This document shows, piece by piece, positions 1 to 10,372 of a DNA stretch of 64,000 nucleotides. A program made the translations under genes and the position numbers. Origin of the DNA: an uncultured Actinomycetota bacterium (GTDB lineage: Bacteria; Actinomycetota; Actinomycetes; Mycobacteriales; Jatrophihabitantaceae); contig CAWIXH010000011.1 of assembly GCA_963839995.1 (NCBI GenBank), forward strand, positions 6,152-70,151, in the 5' to 3' direction. Each line of letters begins with the position of its first letter. The stretch's first letter is position 1. The notes beneath the pieces were generated by a model. It was not told the origin of the DNA. It did not search any database and was given only the letters and a program-made list of their open reading frames with translations.

Positions 1-1
1 C

Positions 2-1348
2 GCCACCGTCGCGGTGGCCCTCGCCGCCATGGTGATCTTCCCGCTGTATTTCCTGCGATCGTTCGCGTACGCAGGAATCGGCGTCGTCATCATCGCGATG
101 ATCACGTCGCTGGTCACATTGCCCGCGCTGCTTGCCGTCCTGGGTCACCGGGTGAACGCCGGACGAATCTGGCGCGGACGTCCGCTGCGTCCGGCATCCG
201 AGGAGAGCCCGTTCTGGCGCCGCACCGCGGTGACCGTCATGCGCCGCCCGCTGCTCATCGGCCTGCCAGTCGTCGCCGCCCTCTTGCTGATCGCCACCCC
301 GTTCCTGCATATCAGGTTCGCGACGCCGGACGACCGTGTGCTCCCGACGTCGCTCGAGAGCCGGCAGGTCGGCAACGATCTCCGCACCAACTTCCAAGGC
401 AATGCGGCGGCGCTGCTGTACGCCGTCGTGCGGGGACCGGCCACGCCAGATCAGGTCGCGCAGTACGCGGCCACGATGTCGCGGCTGCCCGCCGTGACGT
501 CAGTGCAGGGCGCCGCCGGCTCGTGGCGATCCGGCGCACTCACCCCGGCCCCGTCGAATCGGTTCGTCAGCGGCGACGTTCAGTACCTGATCGTCGCCGG
601 GGCGCCCGACGGCTCGTCGGCCGCCGCTCAAACACTGGTCCACGACGTCCGGAACATCCCGCCGCCAGGAACGAGCAGGGTGTATCTCGGCGGATCGCCG
701 GCGCAGCTCGTCGACTCGAAGTCGGCCATCGGCTCGCGGCTGCCATACGCCATTCTTTGGATCGCCCTGACCACGCTCGTCTTGCTGTTCCTGTTCACGG
801 GTAGCGTGCTGCTCCCCGTCAAGGCGCTCGTCCTCAATGCGCTGACGATGGGGGCGGTATTCGGCGTGATCGTCTGGGTCTTCCAGCAGGGGCATCTGTC
901 CTCGGTGTTCGGCTTCACTCCGGGCCCGATCAACACCTCGATGCCGATCCTGCTGTTCTGCATTGCGTTCGGCCTGTCGATGACTACGAGGTGTTCCTGC
1001 TCTCCCAATAAGGAATTGCGTGATCACGGTGCCAGCAACGACGAGGCTGTGGCGGCAGGACTGGCCCGCACGGGCCGCATCATCACGACCGCCGCGGCCC
1101 TGCTGTCAGTGACGTTCTTCGCCTTCCTCACGAGCAAGGTGAGCTTCCTGCAACTGTTCGGCCTGGGAACCGGCCTCGCCATCGTCATCGACGCCACGGT
1201 CATCCGGGGTGTGCTTGTGCCGGCCGTGATGACCGTGGCCCGGGACGCAACCTGGTGGGCGCCTCTCCCGCTGCGGCGCATATACCAGCGGTTCGGACTC
1301 TCCGAGGCACCGGCCGAGCCGGAACGCCAGCCGGTGCCAGTGCGCTGA
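2..1348 (+). CDS. MMPL-family membrane transporter, C-terminal ~445 codons (5' end lies outside the window)
   Basis: The frame is open from nt 2. The translation has hydrophobic TM bundles and the family-typical tail [20 protein letters not shown]. Codons at 979-1015 read [12 protein letters not shown] where the family has [13 protein letters not shown] (see finding). Confidence 0.8.
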   Translation, partial: ATVAVALAAMVIFPLYFLRSFAYAGIGVVIIAMITSLVTLPALLAVLGHRVNAGRIWRGRPLRPASEESPFWRRTAVTVMRRPLLIGLPVVAALLLIATPFLHIRFATPDDRVLPTSLESRQVGNDLRTNFQGNAAALLYAVVRGPATPDQVAQYAATMSRLPAVTSVQGAAGSWRSGALTPAPSNRFVSGDVQYLIVAGAPDGSSAAAQTLVHDVRNIPPPGTSRVYLGGSPAQLVDSKSAIGSRLPYAILWIALTTLVLLFLFTGSVLLPVKALVLNALTMGAVFGVIVWVFQQGHLSSVFGFTPGPINTSMPILLFCIAFGLSMTTRCSCSPNKELRDHGASNDEAVAAGLARTGRIITTAAALLSVTFFAFLTSKVSFLQLFGLGTGLAIVIDATVIRGVLVPAVMTVARDATWWAPLPLRRIYQRFGLSEAPAEPERQPVPVR

Positions 1349-1640
1349 CCGTCCAGTGCCGGGCCACCAGCTGCCGGTGCCACCGCAGCAGTGTCGCCGG
1401 GCTGACGATCCGCGGCCGCCACAGGTGCCGCGGCAGCAGTCGAGACAACGCGGCCAACACCAGCCGGTCCCGCGGCTCCAACCGAGGAAGACTCACCTGC
1501 CGGCGTAGCACTGCCACCTCGTGCCGCAGCACCAGCAGCTCGACATCCTTCACCGCCTCGCCACGTCCCCGCAGCACCACCAGACCGAGCACCGCACGCA
1601 GGACCGCGTACACGACGGAGAAGATCACTCCAATGATCAT
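1349..1640 (-). pseudogene. DDE (integrase-core type) transposase, N-terminal fragment only
   Basis: The translation [66 protein letters not shown] is the usual leader of actinobacterial rve-type transposases. Similarity ends where it abuts the mmpL stop, and no catalytic domain follows. Confidence 0.55.
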
Positions 1641-1702
1641 GCCGAACCACGCTCAGACACCCGAACCGAGGTTCTTGAGCCCCACACGCGCTCGCGGCTG
1701 TC

Positions 1703-2321
1703 GTGGAGGACTTCGGCCACCTGTTGCAGGGCAGGCCGCTCGGTGTAGTGACGCCGGCGTCGGCGCGAGAGGTTGCCGAGATCATCGGCGCGGCCAACGC
1801 GTCCCGCGGAAGTTGGCAATCCGCGGGACCGGGCACAGCGCCGGCGCGCAGTCGCTGCCGCTCGACTCAACCGTCGTGGACCTGTCCGGGATGAACGCCG
1901 CGGTCGGCGTCGACGGTAAGGGCAGGACCATCCGATGCCAGACAGGAGCCACGCCACGGCAGCTGGTAGCCCACACGTGCCCGCCGGCCTGGTCCCGCGC
2001 CCGGTCACGAATTTGCTTGATCTCTCGGTGGGCGGTGTGCTCGGCGTCGGCCCTGAATCCGACGATCTCGCCTTCTTCAGCGTCATGTACCCGCACATGC
2101 CGCCCCAGCTGTTACCCGAAGCCCTAGATGCCCACACACGGGCAAGCGATCTGCTGACCCGGGCAGGCGGCAAACGCTACGGACCCGACTGGATGGGCGA
2201 GGTCGACCACGACGGATGGCGTACGCACTTCGGCCGGGCCCACGAGGGCTGGATAAACGCACGCCGCACCTTCGACCCGAACTGTATCTTCCGTTCAACG
2301 CTGGTCCCCAACGCCGACTGA
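1703..2321 (+). pseudogene. FAD-binding (PCMH / FAD_binding_4 type) oxidase remnant: 5'-truncated, frameshifted and internally deleted
   Basis: Recognisable pieces lie in three frames: GRPLGVVTPASAREVAEIIGAANAS, then KLAIRGTGHSAGAQSLPLDSTVVDLSGMNAAVGVDGKGRTIRCQTGAT, then the C-terminus GKRYGPDWMGEVDHDGWRTHFGRAHEGWINARRTFDPNCIFRS. Confidence 0.55.
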
Positions 2322-2828
2322 CGCGGGGCGCAACCCGTCGGCAGCGCCGGGCGCTGTACCACGCGCCTCCCATCCAACCCGCCGCAACTGACGGCAAGCG
2401 CAGGTGCCTCAGACTCGCGCAGGGCCAGGACGCCCAGGAATCTGCTCACCGGACGCCGCCGCCGGCCAGCGCTGCTTGCGATAACCCGCTCGCGGCGCCC
2501 GCCAGCCGCACATAATGACGTCATCACGGACGTGCGGCAATCGTTATACCGCGCGCCCGATTCGCAGGGAGGATCTATGTCGTGCTTCCGGCCCTGCCTC
2601 CCGGGTTTCGACGAGCTGGGTGCGTAGGGTCGGCGGCCTGGGTCCCGGCCTGACCTCCGATTCGGCTGACGCCGCTTCGTGCTGTCCTGCGAGACGATCT
2701 GTCGGCCGGGCCCAGGTCTTGTGGCACCACCGGTGGTGCCGGTCTGATCTGCCCGTCCTGTGCAAGAGGCCGGGGTCGCCAGATCCGACGGCCGGCGGGT
2801 GCGTGCCATCCCTCAACCAGAGAAAGGG

Positions 2829-3875
2829 ATGACGTTGACCATCGTAGAGACGCGCGCGGTCACCGGCGGGGTGGACACCCATGCCGACGTGCATGTCGCC
2901 GCGGCGCTGGATCCGCTCGGCGGGCTGCTCGGCGTCGAACAGTTCCCCACCACCCCGGCCGGCTACGCCGGCTTGCTGGACTGGCTGGGCGAGTTCGGCA
3001 CCGTGGACCTGGTCGGGATCGAGGGCACCGGCAGCTACGGCGCCGGCCTGGCCCGCCACATCACCGCAGCCGGTGTCCGGGTCGTCGAGGTAGACCGCGC
3101 CGACCGGCAAGACCGCCGCCGGCAGGGCAAGTCAGACCCGCTGGACGCGGTCAGCGCCGCCCGGGCCGCGCAGTCCGGGCGGGCCCGCGGCGCCCCGAAA
3201 GGACGCGACGGCGCGGTCGAGGCGATCCGCGCGCTGATGCTCGCCAAACGCAGCGCCACCGGCGAACGCACCCGGGCCATCAACCAGGCCAGGGCACTGC
3301 TGCTGACCGGGCCCGACGAGCTGCGCACCCGGCTGGCCGGGCACTCCGCGGCGAGCCTGGTCGCCGAGATCGCCGCGCTGCGTCCCCGCCCGGGCGAGCT
3401 GGTCGGCTATGCCACCCGCATCGCGCTGCGCGAGCTGGGCCGCCGCGTCGCCTTCCTCGACGCCCAGCTCGAGCGCCTCGACGACCAGATCGTGCCGCTG
3501 GTCACCGCCCGCGCCCCCGGCCTGCTCGCCCGCCACGGCATCGGGCCACACACCGCCGCGCTGCTGCTCATCACTGCCGGCGACCACCCCGAACGGCTGC
3601 GCAGCGAGGCCGCCTGGGCGCACCTGTGCGCCGCCGCCCCCATCCCGGCATCCTCCGGCAAGATCACCCGGCACCGGCTCAACCCCGGCGGCGACCGGCA
3701 AGCCAACCACGCCCTGTGGCGCATCGTGCTCACCCGGATGCGCTCACACCCGCCGACCCGCGACTACGCCGAACGCCGCACCAAACAAGGAAAGTCCAAG
3801 ACCGAGATCATCCGCTGCCTCAAGCGCTACGTCGCCCGCGAGGTCTACCCGCACCTACGCCCCGCACGCGACTGA
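2829..3875 (+). CDS. IS110-family transposase (DEDD N-terminal domain plus Transposase_20 C-terminal domain)
   Basis: Motifs seen: MTLTIVETRAVTGGVDTHADVHVAAALDPLG...VGIEGTGSYGAGLARHI...GIGPHTAALLLITAGDHPERLRSEAAWAHLCAAAPIPASSGKITRHRLNPGGDRQANHALWRIV. I placed the start at the ATG at 2829. The element ends could not be defined (IS110 elements lack clear inverted repeats). Confidence 0.9.
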   Translation: MTLTIVETRAVTGGVDTHADVHVAAALDPLGGLLGVEQFPTTPAGYAGLLDWLGEFGTVDLVGIEGTGSYGAGLARHITAAGVRVVEVDRADRQDRRRQGKSDPLDAVSAARAAQSGRARGAPKGRDGAVEAIRALMLAKRSATGERTRAINQARALLLTGPDELRTRLAGHSAASLVAEIAALRPRPGELVGYATRIALRELGRRVAFLDAQLERLDDQIVPLVTARAPGLLARHGIGPHTAALLLITAGDHPERLRSEAAWAHLCAAAPIPASSGKITRHRLNPGGDRQANHALWRIVLTRMRSHPPTRDYAERRTKQGKSKTEIIRCLKRYVAREVYPHLRPARD

Positions 3876-4224
3876 CACAGACCCCCGGGGCGGGCCTGAC
3901 CCACGATTCGGCTGCCGCACCCGCTGGCCTTCGAACGATCCGTCGGCCCCGCCCCGGGCCTCCACCACCCCGGCTGCGCGTGACCTCATAAGAGCCTGCC
4001 CTCCACACCGGAGCGGCCCGTCCCTGTCCTGTCCGCAACCCAGCCGACCCGACCCGAACGACCCCCAGCAGCGCCCGCAGAAAGCGAGACGACGAAATGT
4101 CACCAGAGCGCTTGACAAACCATAGGAGCATCGATCGTGTCGGAGTTCGCCGTGAAGCGTTGTGGATCACCGTTCCCGGGCCGTGGTCGGCAGAGTGCGG
4201 TGCCGCTACGGGCGGTTCTCGTGG

Positions 4225-5472
4225 TCAGAGGTGATCGTCTGTTGGCCGAGGTCGATGGATCGAAGCGACGTCAGGACGAACCTGCTCTGCCTGGGCCGCG
4301 AGCCGGGCGATGATGGAGGCGTCGTCGCCGACACCAAAGAGCAGTGAGGAGCGCCGGGTGCGGAGGAAGTGCACGCCGCAGAAGTAGAGCCCCGGCACGA
4401 CGGTGCTCGCGCCATCCACCGTGATCGGGAATCCCATCGCGTCGCCGATCGGGAGGTCGATCCAGGTGTAGTCGGGCCGGAAGCCCGAGGTCACGATCAC
4501 CGTGCCGACGGAGCGCAGGTCGAGCTCGCGCACCGGGTCGTAGCTGAACGGTGCGGGAGCCGGCAGCTCCGGTATCGGGTACCCGCGGCCGGGTAGCTGC
4601 GCTTTCATCAGCCGGCAGAGGTCGGCCCATCGCGCGTCGCCGAAGGCGACCGAGGCGCCCAGGTCGTCGGTGAAGTTCGCACGGTTGCCGTCGACCCCGG
4701 CGAGGCGACCGAGCAGCGTCACGCCGAGGGCTCGCAGCGTGCGGTAGTGGAGATCCCGACCGCCACCTGCTCCGGTCGTCTGCACGTTCGCGGCGAGCCG
4801 TGCCGTGGGCGAGGGCAGCTCGGCCAGTGTTTGGTCGTAGAAGCTCGTCCGGACCAGCCAGGTGATGACGTCGAGCCCGTCTAGTCGGCGCGCCCACGGT
4901 GCACGGCCGCACGCAAGGAATACGTCGCGCCCGGCCAGGTGCAGCTCCTCCGCGAGTTGGCACCCGGTCTGCCCGCTACCGATGACCAGCACCTGCCCAT
5001 CGGGCAGCGCGTCCGGGTTGCAGTAGTCGGTGGCGTCCATGACGAGCACGCCCGGCGGCATCCCGGACACGGCAGCCGGACGGTATAGACGCTGGTAGGC
5101 ACCGGTGCACACCACCACGGTGGACGCGTCCATTTCCCCGTCCGAAGTAGTCAACCGGAACCCGCCCGCGGGCCCTGCCCCCAGGGCCTCGACCCGCACA
5201 CCTTCGCGAATCGGCGCACCAGCTGCGTAGTTCTCCAGATAGGCCACGATCTCATCACGCGCAACGTGCCCTTCCGGGTCATCGCCGGCGTACGGGCTGC
5301 CCGGCAGGTCCAGGGTCCAATTCGGCGTCACCAGCGTGAAGCTGTCCCAGCGATCGCGCCACGCCTGCCCTACGCGCGCCCGCTCCAGCACAACATGCTC
5401 GACCCCGAGCTCGGTCAGCCCCCGACTCACCGCAAGGCCGGCCTGCCCAGCCCCGATTACAACCGTCGACAT
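4225..5472 (-). CDS. FAD/NAD(P)-binding flavoprotein monooxygenase-like oxidoreductase
   Basis: It has an N-terminal GxGxxG motif (VVIGAGQAGLAV) and a second dinucleotide fold (VLVIGSGQTGCQLAEEL). The ORF is long and uninterrupted. Start set at MSTVVIG. Confidence 0.8.
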   Translation of the reverse strand: MSTVVIGAGQAGLAVSRGLTELGVEHVVLERARVGQAWRDRWDSFTLVTPNWTLDLPGSPYAGDDPEGHVARDEIVAYLENYAAGAPIREGVRVEALGAGPAGGFRLTTSDGEMDASTVVVCTGAYQRLYRPAAVSGMPPGVLVMDATDYCNPDALPDGQVLVIGSGQTGCQLAEELHLAGRDVFLACGRAPWARRLDGLDVITWLVRTSFYDQTLAELPSPTARLAANVQTTGAGGGRDLHYRTLRALGVTLLGRLAGVDGNRANFTDDLGASVAFGDARWADLCRLMKAQLPGRGYPIPELPAPAPFSYDPVRELDLRSVGTVIVTSGFRPDYTWIDLPIGDAMGFPITVDGASTVVPGLYFCGVHFLRTRRSSLLFGVGDDASIIARLAAQAEQVRPDVASIHRPRPTDDHL

Positions 5473-5720
5473 GCGAACCCACCCCACTCGGTCGCAGTGA
5501 AGCCCGATACGGGAACCCGGTCAATCCCCACCCGACCGGCCGCGATCGCAAACACAGCCGCCGCGCAGAATGACAGGCCGCCGAGCAGCCTGGCGTCCAA
5601 CGAGTAGCCGATCAGCCCCTGGCTCGCCGCCGATACGTGCCGGAATCGGCAATCGCGCGGGGACCTCATCGGAGGTTCCGCTCGGCGCCGCGGGCGCCCG
5701 ACCGGCGAAGCGCCGTCGAT

Positions 5721-5810
5721 CGGGCGCGACGAGGCCAGGGCTTGGCGCACTGTGCGTCGATGCACCCGCTCGGCCAACTCCCGAGTCGACAGCCCTTCCA
5801 CGGTGTGTCC
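5721..5810 (-). pseudogene. Possible IS21-family IstA N-terminal HTH remnant (about 30 codons)
   Basis: GHTVEGLSTRELAERVHRRTVRQALASSRP resembles the IstA leader (G.S.R.IAR..G..R.TVR.ALAS..PP). There is nothing recognisable on either side. Confidence 0.3.
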
Positions 5811-5893
5811 CTGCGGCTCTGCTGCTGGGCAGGGCGACCGGGCGGTGGACGATGGAACGGCGCACCGGGGTGCGCAGGGCCGGGGAGGTCCGG

Positions 5894-6324
5894 ATGACCG
5901 AAGTGATCGATCGGCTGGTGACCGCGATGAACGCACATGACCTTGACGCGGCCACCGCTCTCATCCACAAGCACTACCGCAGCGTGCAACCCGCGCACCC
6001 GGGCAGAGCCTTCGTCGGGCGTGACCAACTGCGCGCCAACTGGCAGGCCATGTTCGCCGGAATACCCGACTTCCACGCCGAGGTCGCACGCTCGGTGCAC
6101 GACGGCGACACGACTTGGAGCGAATGGCATTGGACGGGTACCCGCAGCGACGGCAAGCCTTCGAGGTGCGCGGCGTCACCCTGTTCGAGATCATCGACGG
6201 TCAGAATGTGTCCGGTCGGCTGTACCTGGAGGACGTCGAGCGGCAGGCAGCCGGAATAGACGAGGCGGTCGAAGCCCTCGCCGGCCGGCGACCGCAACGA
6301 GGCCAACACAAGAACGCGCGATGA
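5894..6324 (+). pseudogene. SnoaL-like / NTF2-fold protein with a 1-nt frameshift near 6157
   Basis: GGGGAGG RBS at 5882-5888 and ATG at 5894. MTEVIDRLVTAMNAHDLDAATALIHKHYRS...WHWTGTRSDGKP then continues in the next frame as FEVRGVTLFEIIDGQNVSGRLYLEDVE. Confidence 0.65.
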
Positions 6325-6726
6325 TCACACCACCACCCCACGCGCGACCGCCGCCGCACGGGACGAACATCAACCAGCCGTACAGTCGGCGTACCGCACC
6401 ACTACATCGGGTTGCGCCGCGCAAATCTCCCAGCCGCGAATCGACCGCATCCGGCTGACCCCAACGCCGCCGGATCAGACGCGGCACCTGACCGGCGCAC
6501 ATATCGACGCACACAGATCTTGACCGTGACCAAATCGAGGCGCCCGGAATCGGCGGTACTGCGTCGTCACCGTGCTCGGATCGCGTGAGCCGCACTCCAA
6601 CGGGATTCGCGGAGAGTAGCCAGGGGCCGTCGTCGGGTTGGGACGTCATTCACCGCGTATCGACCCACCGAGCGGCGCCGAGCAGATGGTGCGCGAGCTC
6701 GTCGGCACATCACTTCGCGACAGCGC

Positions 6727-6756
6727 GATGAGTTCCGATGAGTTCCGATGAGTTCT
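6727..6756. repeat. Three tandem copies of the 10-mer GATGAGTTC(C/T)
   Basis: Read directly from the sequence: gatgagttcc gatgagttcc gatgagttct. It lies 54-83 nt upstream of the VOC gene start. Confidence 0.9.
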
Positions 6757-6809
6757 ACGGCCTCCGATCGTCTGCATTGACGGCAGCTACCCCCAGCCGC
6801 AAGGAGGAC

Positions 6810-7202
6810 ATGATGATCAGCACCACCCAGGCGCACGTCGACAAGATCGCGACGGTCGTGATCCCGGTATCCGACCAGGAACGGGCGATCGAGTTCTACG
6901 TCGGCAAACTCGGCTTCGCCAAGCGCGTCGACGTGCCGTTCGGCGACGGCCTGCGCTGGGTCGAGGTGGGCGTGGACGACGAGGCGACCACCATCGCCCT
7001 CGCGCCCCCGCCGGAGGGCGCCTCGACCGGCGGCAAGGAGACCGGCATCAGCCTGCACACCGAGGACATCGACGCCTACCACGCCCAGCTGAAGGACGGC
7101 GGCGTGGACGTCGACGACCAGGTGATGCGGCTCGGCGACCCGGTACCGCCGATGTTCTGGCTACGCGATCCGGAGGGCAACTCGTTGATGGTCGTCCAGT
7201 AG
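6810..7202 (+). CDS. VOC (glyoxalase/bleomycin-resistance/dioxygenase) family protein
   Basis: AAGGAGG at 6801-6807, then ATG. Motifs: VVIPVSDQERAIEFYVGKLGF...WLRDPEGNSLMVVQ. Confidence 0.85.
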   Translation: MMISTTQAHVDKIATVVIPVSDQERAIEFYVGKLGFAKRVDVPFGDGLRWVEVGVDDEATTIALAPPPEGASTGGKETGISLHTEDIDAYHAQLKDGGVDVDDQVMRLGDPVPPMFWLRDPEGNSLMVVQ

Positions 7203-7231
7203 CCCTGCCCGGCTCGGCACCGACGAAAGCG

Positions 7232-7285
7232 ACGACGCCGCGGCACGCGGGCTGACCACCAAGCCTCGCGTGCCGCGGCCGTCGT
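7232..7285. terminator. Long hairpin between convergent genes (candidate bidirectional terminator)
   Basis: Arms acgacgccgcggcacgcg (7232-7249) and cgcgtgccgcggccgtcgt (7267-7285) pair over about 18 bp with one bulge and a 17-nt loop. It lies between the VOC stop (7202) and the LacI stop (7545). No U-tract. Confidence 0.4.
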
Positions 7286-7544
7286 ACCAGAGCGAGCTGT
7301 TCTCGCTCAACCAGAGCCGCACACAACAGCACTGCGCTCGCCGCCCGGCGCTCGCTTCGACGCGTACCAGAATCGGGGCTATCCGGGTGATCGAAGATCA
7401 CCGCGCCGCAAGCGGAGTCCCGGGCCCACAGCCGATGTCAACCGCGATCGCCGGCACCGACGCCGGCCAGCTCGGCGACCGTGCGGGCCACCGGGCCGCG
7501 TCCCCCTGCCGTGACGACGGCCATCGGCAGGCCGGCCAGCCCGC

Positions 7545-8615
7545 TCACCGAGCTGGCTTAGCGGGTGCCGTGCTGTCGCGCACGATCAGCTCGGTGTGGA
7601 GCATCAGGTGCTTTGCCCGCCGGGGGGTGCTGCCGTTCTTGGCGCGCTCGATGGCTGCCTTCAGCGCGCTGATCGCGGCGCGGCCCTTGGCGTCGAGGTC
7701 CTGCCGCACCGTGGTCAGGGTCGGCTGGGTCCGCCGGGCGATCGGGTTGTCGTCGAAGCCCACTACGGACACATCGTCAGGGACGATCAACCCGGCGTCC
7801 TGGGCGGCGCGGATGACGCCGCCGGCGATGGCGTCGGAGAAGCACAGGATCGCGGTGGGCCGCTGCGGCTGGGCCAGTAGTGTCTGGCCGGCCGAATACC
7901 CGATCTCGTGCGGGTCTTGGTGCGGGAGCCGTATCACGCACGGCGTGACCCCGGCCGCATCGAGCCCCTCGAGCCAGCCCAGCATGCGCTCTGACTCACC
8001 GTAGGCCAGGGTCGCCGCGCGCGGATCAGCGACGATGCCGTACTGGCCGCCGAAGCCGGACGTGACAATGCCCACGCGCCGGTGGCCCAGGTCCAGGACG
8101 TGCTGGGCGGCGGCGCGGGCGCCGCCGCGGTCGTTCACGTTGATGCTCGCAATGCCCGATGCGGGCGGCTGGTCGACGAAGACGACGGGTAACCGCCGTC
8201 GCATCAGCCAGCCCACCGCCGGCGAGGTCATGTCGCAGGAGTAGACGAGCGCCCCGTCGACCGCGACGTCACGCGCCGGGATGACGCCCTCGCGCGGCGC
8301 CGCTGACAGCAGCGTGAGGGCGAGCCCGGTCGGGGCGAGCTCGTCCGAGATGGCCGCGATGAACGTCATCGCGACTTCGTCGGTGAGGCTGTAGGCGTAC
8401 GTGTCGGACATCAACAACCCCACCGTGCCGGCGGTGCCGCTAGCCAGCGCGCGAGCGGTCGGATCGGGGCCGACATAGCCCAGCTGTTCGGCGACGGCGA
8501 GGATGCGTTCGCGCAGCATTGCCGACAACTGATCCGGCCGCGAGAACGCATTCGACACCGTCATCCGGCTTACGCCGACATGGTCGGCGATGGTCTGCAG
8601 GGTGACTCGTCCCAT
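7545..8615 (-). CDS. LacI-family transcriptional regulator
   Basis: N-terminal HTH VTLQTIADHVGVSRMTVSNAFSRPDQLS followed by a periplasmic-binding-fold body. Confidence 0.9.
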   Translation of the reverse strand: MGRVTLQTIADHVGVSRMTVSNAFSRPDQLSAMLRERILAVAEQLGYVGPDPTARALASGTAGTVGLLMSDTYAYSLTDEVAMTFIAAISDELAPTGLALTLLSAAPREGVIPARDVAVDGALVYSCDMTSPAVGWLMRRRLPVVFVDQPPASGIASINVNDRGGARAAAQHVLDLGHRRVGIVTSGFGGQYGIVADPRAATLAYGESERMLGWLEGLDAAGVTPCVIRLPHQDPHEIGYSAGQTLLAQPQRPTAILCFSDAIAGGVIRAAQDAGLIVPDDVSVVGFDDNPIARRTQPTLTTVRQDLDAKGRAAISALKAAIERAKNGSTPRRAKHLMLHTELIVRDSTAPAKPAR

Positions 8616-9164
8616 CTGCTGCGCCCGCTCCCTGTTTCGGCAGCCAGCCTACGGGGCGACGCGACCAAGTCGACGGCGCGGCGCAGCAGGCCGGCCAGCC
8701 CGGCTCGTGCTCGCGTCCCGGTCGCAACGGGGTCGGGCACCACCGGCGCCTCGGGAAGCGCGCCGCGCGCGTGGTCGGCGGTCAGGCCGTTCGACAGGAT
8801 CGCTGCGATCAGTAGGGAGTCCATTTCGTCACCTCTCCAGGTATCTCTATACCGGTACAGTACCATTGCCGTCTGTATCGGTCAAGAGCCATCGAGCAGA
8901 TGACACGTGGACTATGAAGCGGCGGAGAGTTCCCGCAAGGAGGCTGCGCGCCGCGGTATTGCTGCTGCCAGTTGAAGGAGAGTGGTGGGCGCCGGTCGCG
9001 CCCGGCGTGGTCGTGTGCTCGGTGCGCGCCCAGAACCGAACGCTTGCGCGCATCATTCTCGACGAGACCTTCGAGCCGGGGTACCGCTGCACAGGCACCG
9101 TCGGGGTAGGGCGGCGCGAAACACAGTTCGGACACCGGCGCTCGGCGCACACCCACCCGCAAGC

Positions 9165-9258
9165 CCGCTGCGTGCCAACATAATCTCGCCGCGGAACCAG
9201 GCGCCAGCGGCGCGCGAATCGGCGCACTGCGCGATCAGCGTGCTCGGACCGCGTGAGA
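9165..9258 (+). pseudogene. Decayed vapC 3' remnant
   Basis: PLRANIISPRNQAPAARESAHCAISVLG parallels ELRANV...ITADARLAAAPGPRCAISVL of the intact VapC at 9639-10145. The middle part is missing. Confidence 0.3.
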
Positions 9259-9638
9259 CGCGCTTCGACGACGATCGCGCAGAGTGGTCTGGCCCGACCC
9301 GGCATTCGTGCACGTCACTGCGCGATGGCGACGCAACAGCCGAACGGTCGGTGCGACGATTGCCTGGTGAGCGACGCCTCGCATGGGAGGAAGCACGGAT
9401 GGGTAACCCAGCAATTGGCGTGCCGTACGCAATAGCCATGTCGCCGTCGTGGTAGGCGTAGACCTCCTGTTCTTCCGCGACCAGTCTTGGTTTTGGGAGC
9501 GGCTTGCAGCCAACGTCGGCATCGTCCTCTTGTTCGGCGCGGTCTACTTCAGGTTCTTCCGTAGTTCATGAGCGTGGTCGCGCGCCGCTGCCGAACGCGC
9601 CGACGTGGATAGCGTGCCGCTCCCGGGGCGCGCAGAAC

Positions 9639-10145
9639 TCATTCCGATGCGCGGACCGCGGCGCCGGTCACGTTCTCGGAAATCGGCGTTGTCGAACGCC
9701 TCGCGTGTGAAGTGTGGCGGTGAAGCGCTCGCATGCCGTAGCGCCGGCTCCCGCTACACAGCACGGAAATGGCGCAGCGTGGACCTGGCGCAGCGGCAAG
9801 CCGCGCATCGGCGGTAATCAGCGGACAGTCGAGCTGTTCGGCGAGCGCGACGTAGGTGGCGTCGTAGGCGCTGACGTTCGCGCGCAGTTCGTAGGCGCGG
9901 GGCATGAATGGCAGGACCGGATACCGGTCCGCCGGCAGTGCCGTCAGATCCGTGACCGCTGCTGAGAACCGTCGCGCGCTCAGCGTCTTGGCCAGCCAGC
10001 GACGTCGCAGTACGGAGACCACCTCGACATCGACCAGGTCCGGAACGCTGAGGTCCTGCCCGGCGAGGGCACCGCGCGCCCGAGCACCGTCAGCGCCGTC
10101 GTCGCCGACCGCGTTGGCCAACACCGAGGCATCGACAACGATCAA
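9639..10145 (-). CDS. vapC: PIN-domain toxin VapC
   Basis: MIVVDASVLANAV...YDATYVALAEQLDCPLITADARL. There is a 4-nt ATGA overlap with the upstream antitoxin gene. Confidence 0.85.
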   Translation of the reverse strand: MIVVDASVLANAVGDDGADGARARGALAGQDLSVPDLVDVEVVSVLRRRWLAKTLSARRFSAAVTDLTALPADRYPVLPFMPRAYELRANVSAYDATYVALAEQLDCPLITADARLAAAPGPRCAISVLCSGSRRYGMRALHRHTSHARRSTTPISENVTGAAVRASE

Positions 10146-10372
10146 CGGCGGTCTCGCTCGGCAGCCAGGTCCGCCACGGCTTGCTCGAGCCCGACCGCGC
10201 CGCCGCGTCGCGCCGCGATCCGGGCCAGCACCTCGTCCATGCTCGGCCGCTCGGCAAGTCGTCGCATCTCGCCGGCGAGGTACTGCTGCAATGACTGTCC
10301 CCGCTCGGCCGCGCGTGCCTGCAGACGCGCATGTACCTCCTCAGGCATGTCTCGGACCAACACGTTTGGCAT
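10142..10372 (-). CDS. vapB: VapB-type (ribbon-helix-helix-like) antitoxin
   Basis: MPNVLVRDMPEEVHARLQARAAERGQSLQQYLAGEMRRLAERPSMDEVLARI. The gene is 76 codons and overlaps the vapC start. Confidence 0.75.
   Translation of the reverse strand: MPNVLVRDMPEEVHARLQARAAERGQSLQQYLAGEMRRLAERPSMDEVLARIAARRGGAVGLEQAVADLAAERDRR

Noticed and set aside
6727-6756. Possible CRISPR or minisatellite.
   Set aside because: There are only three 10-bp units with no spacers. It is far too short for CRISPR, so I reported it as a simple tandem repeat.
8570-8866. A 98-codon minus-strand ORF (MDSLLIAAILSNGLTADHARG...) upstream of the LacI gene.
   Set aside because: It overlaps the LacI start by 45 nt. It has no recognisable motif and no RBS, and its composition is compatible with chance.
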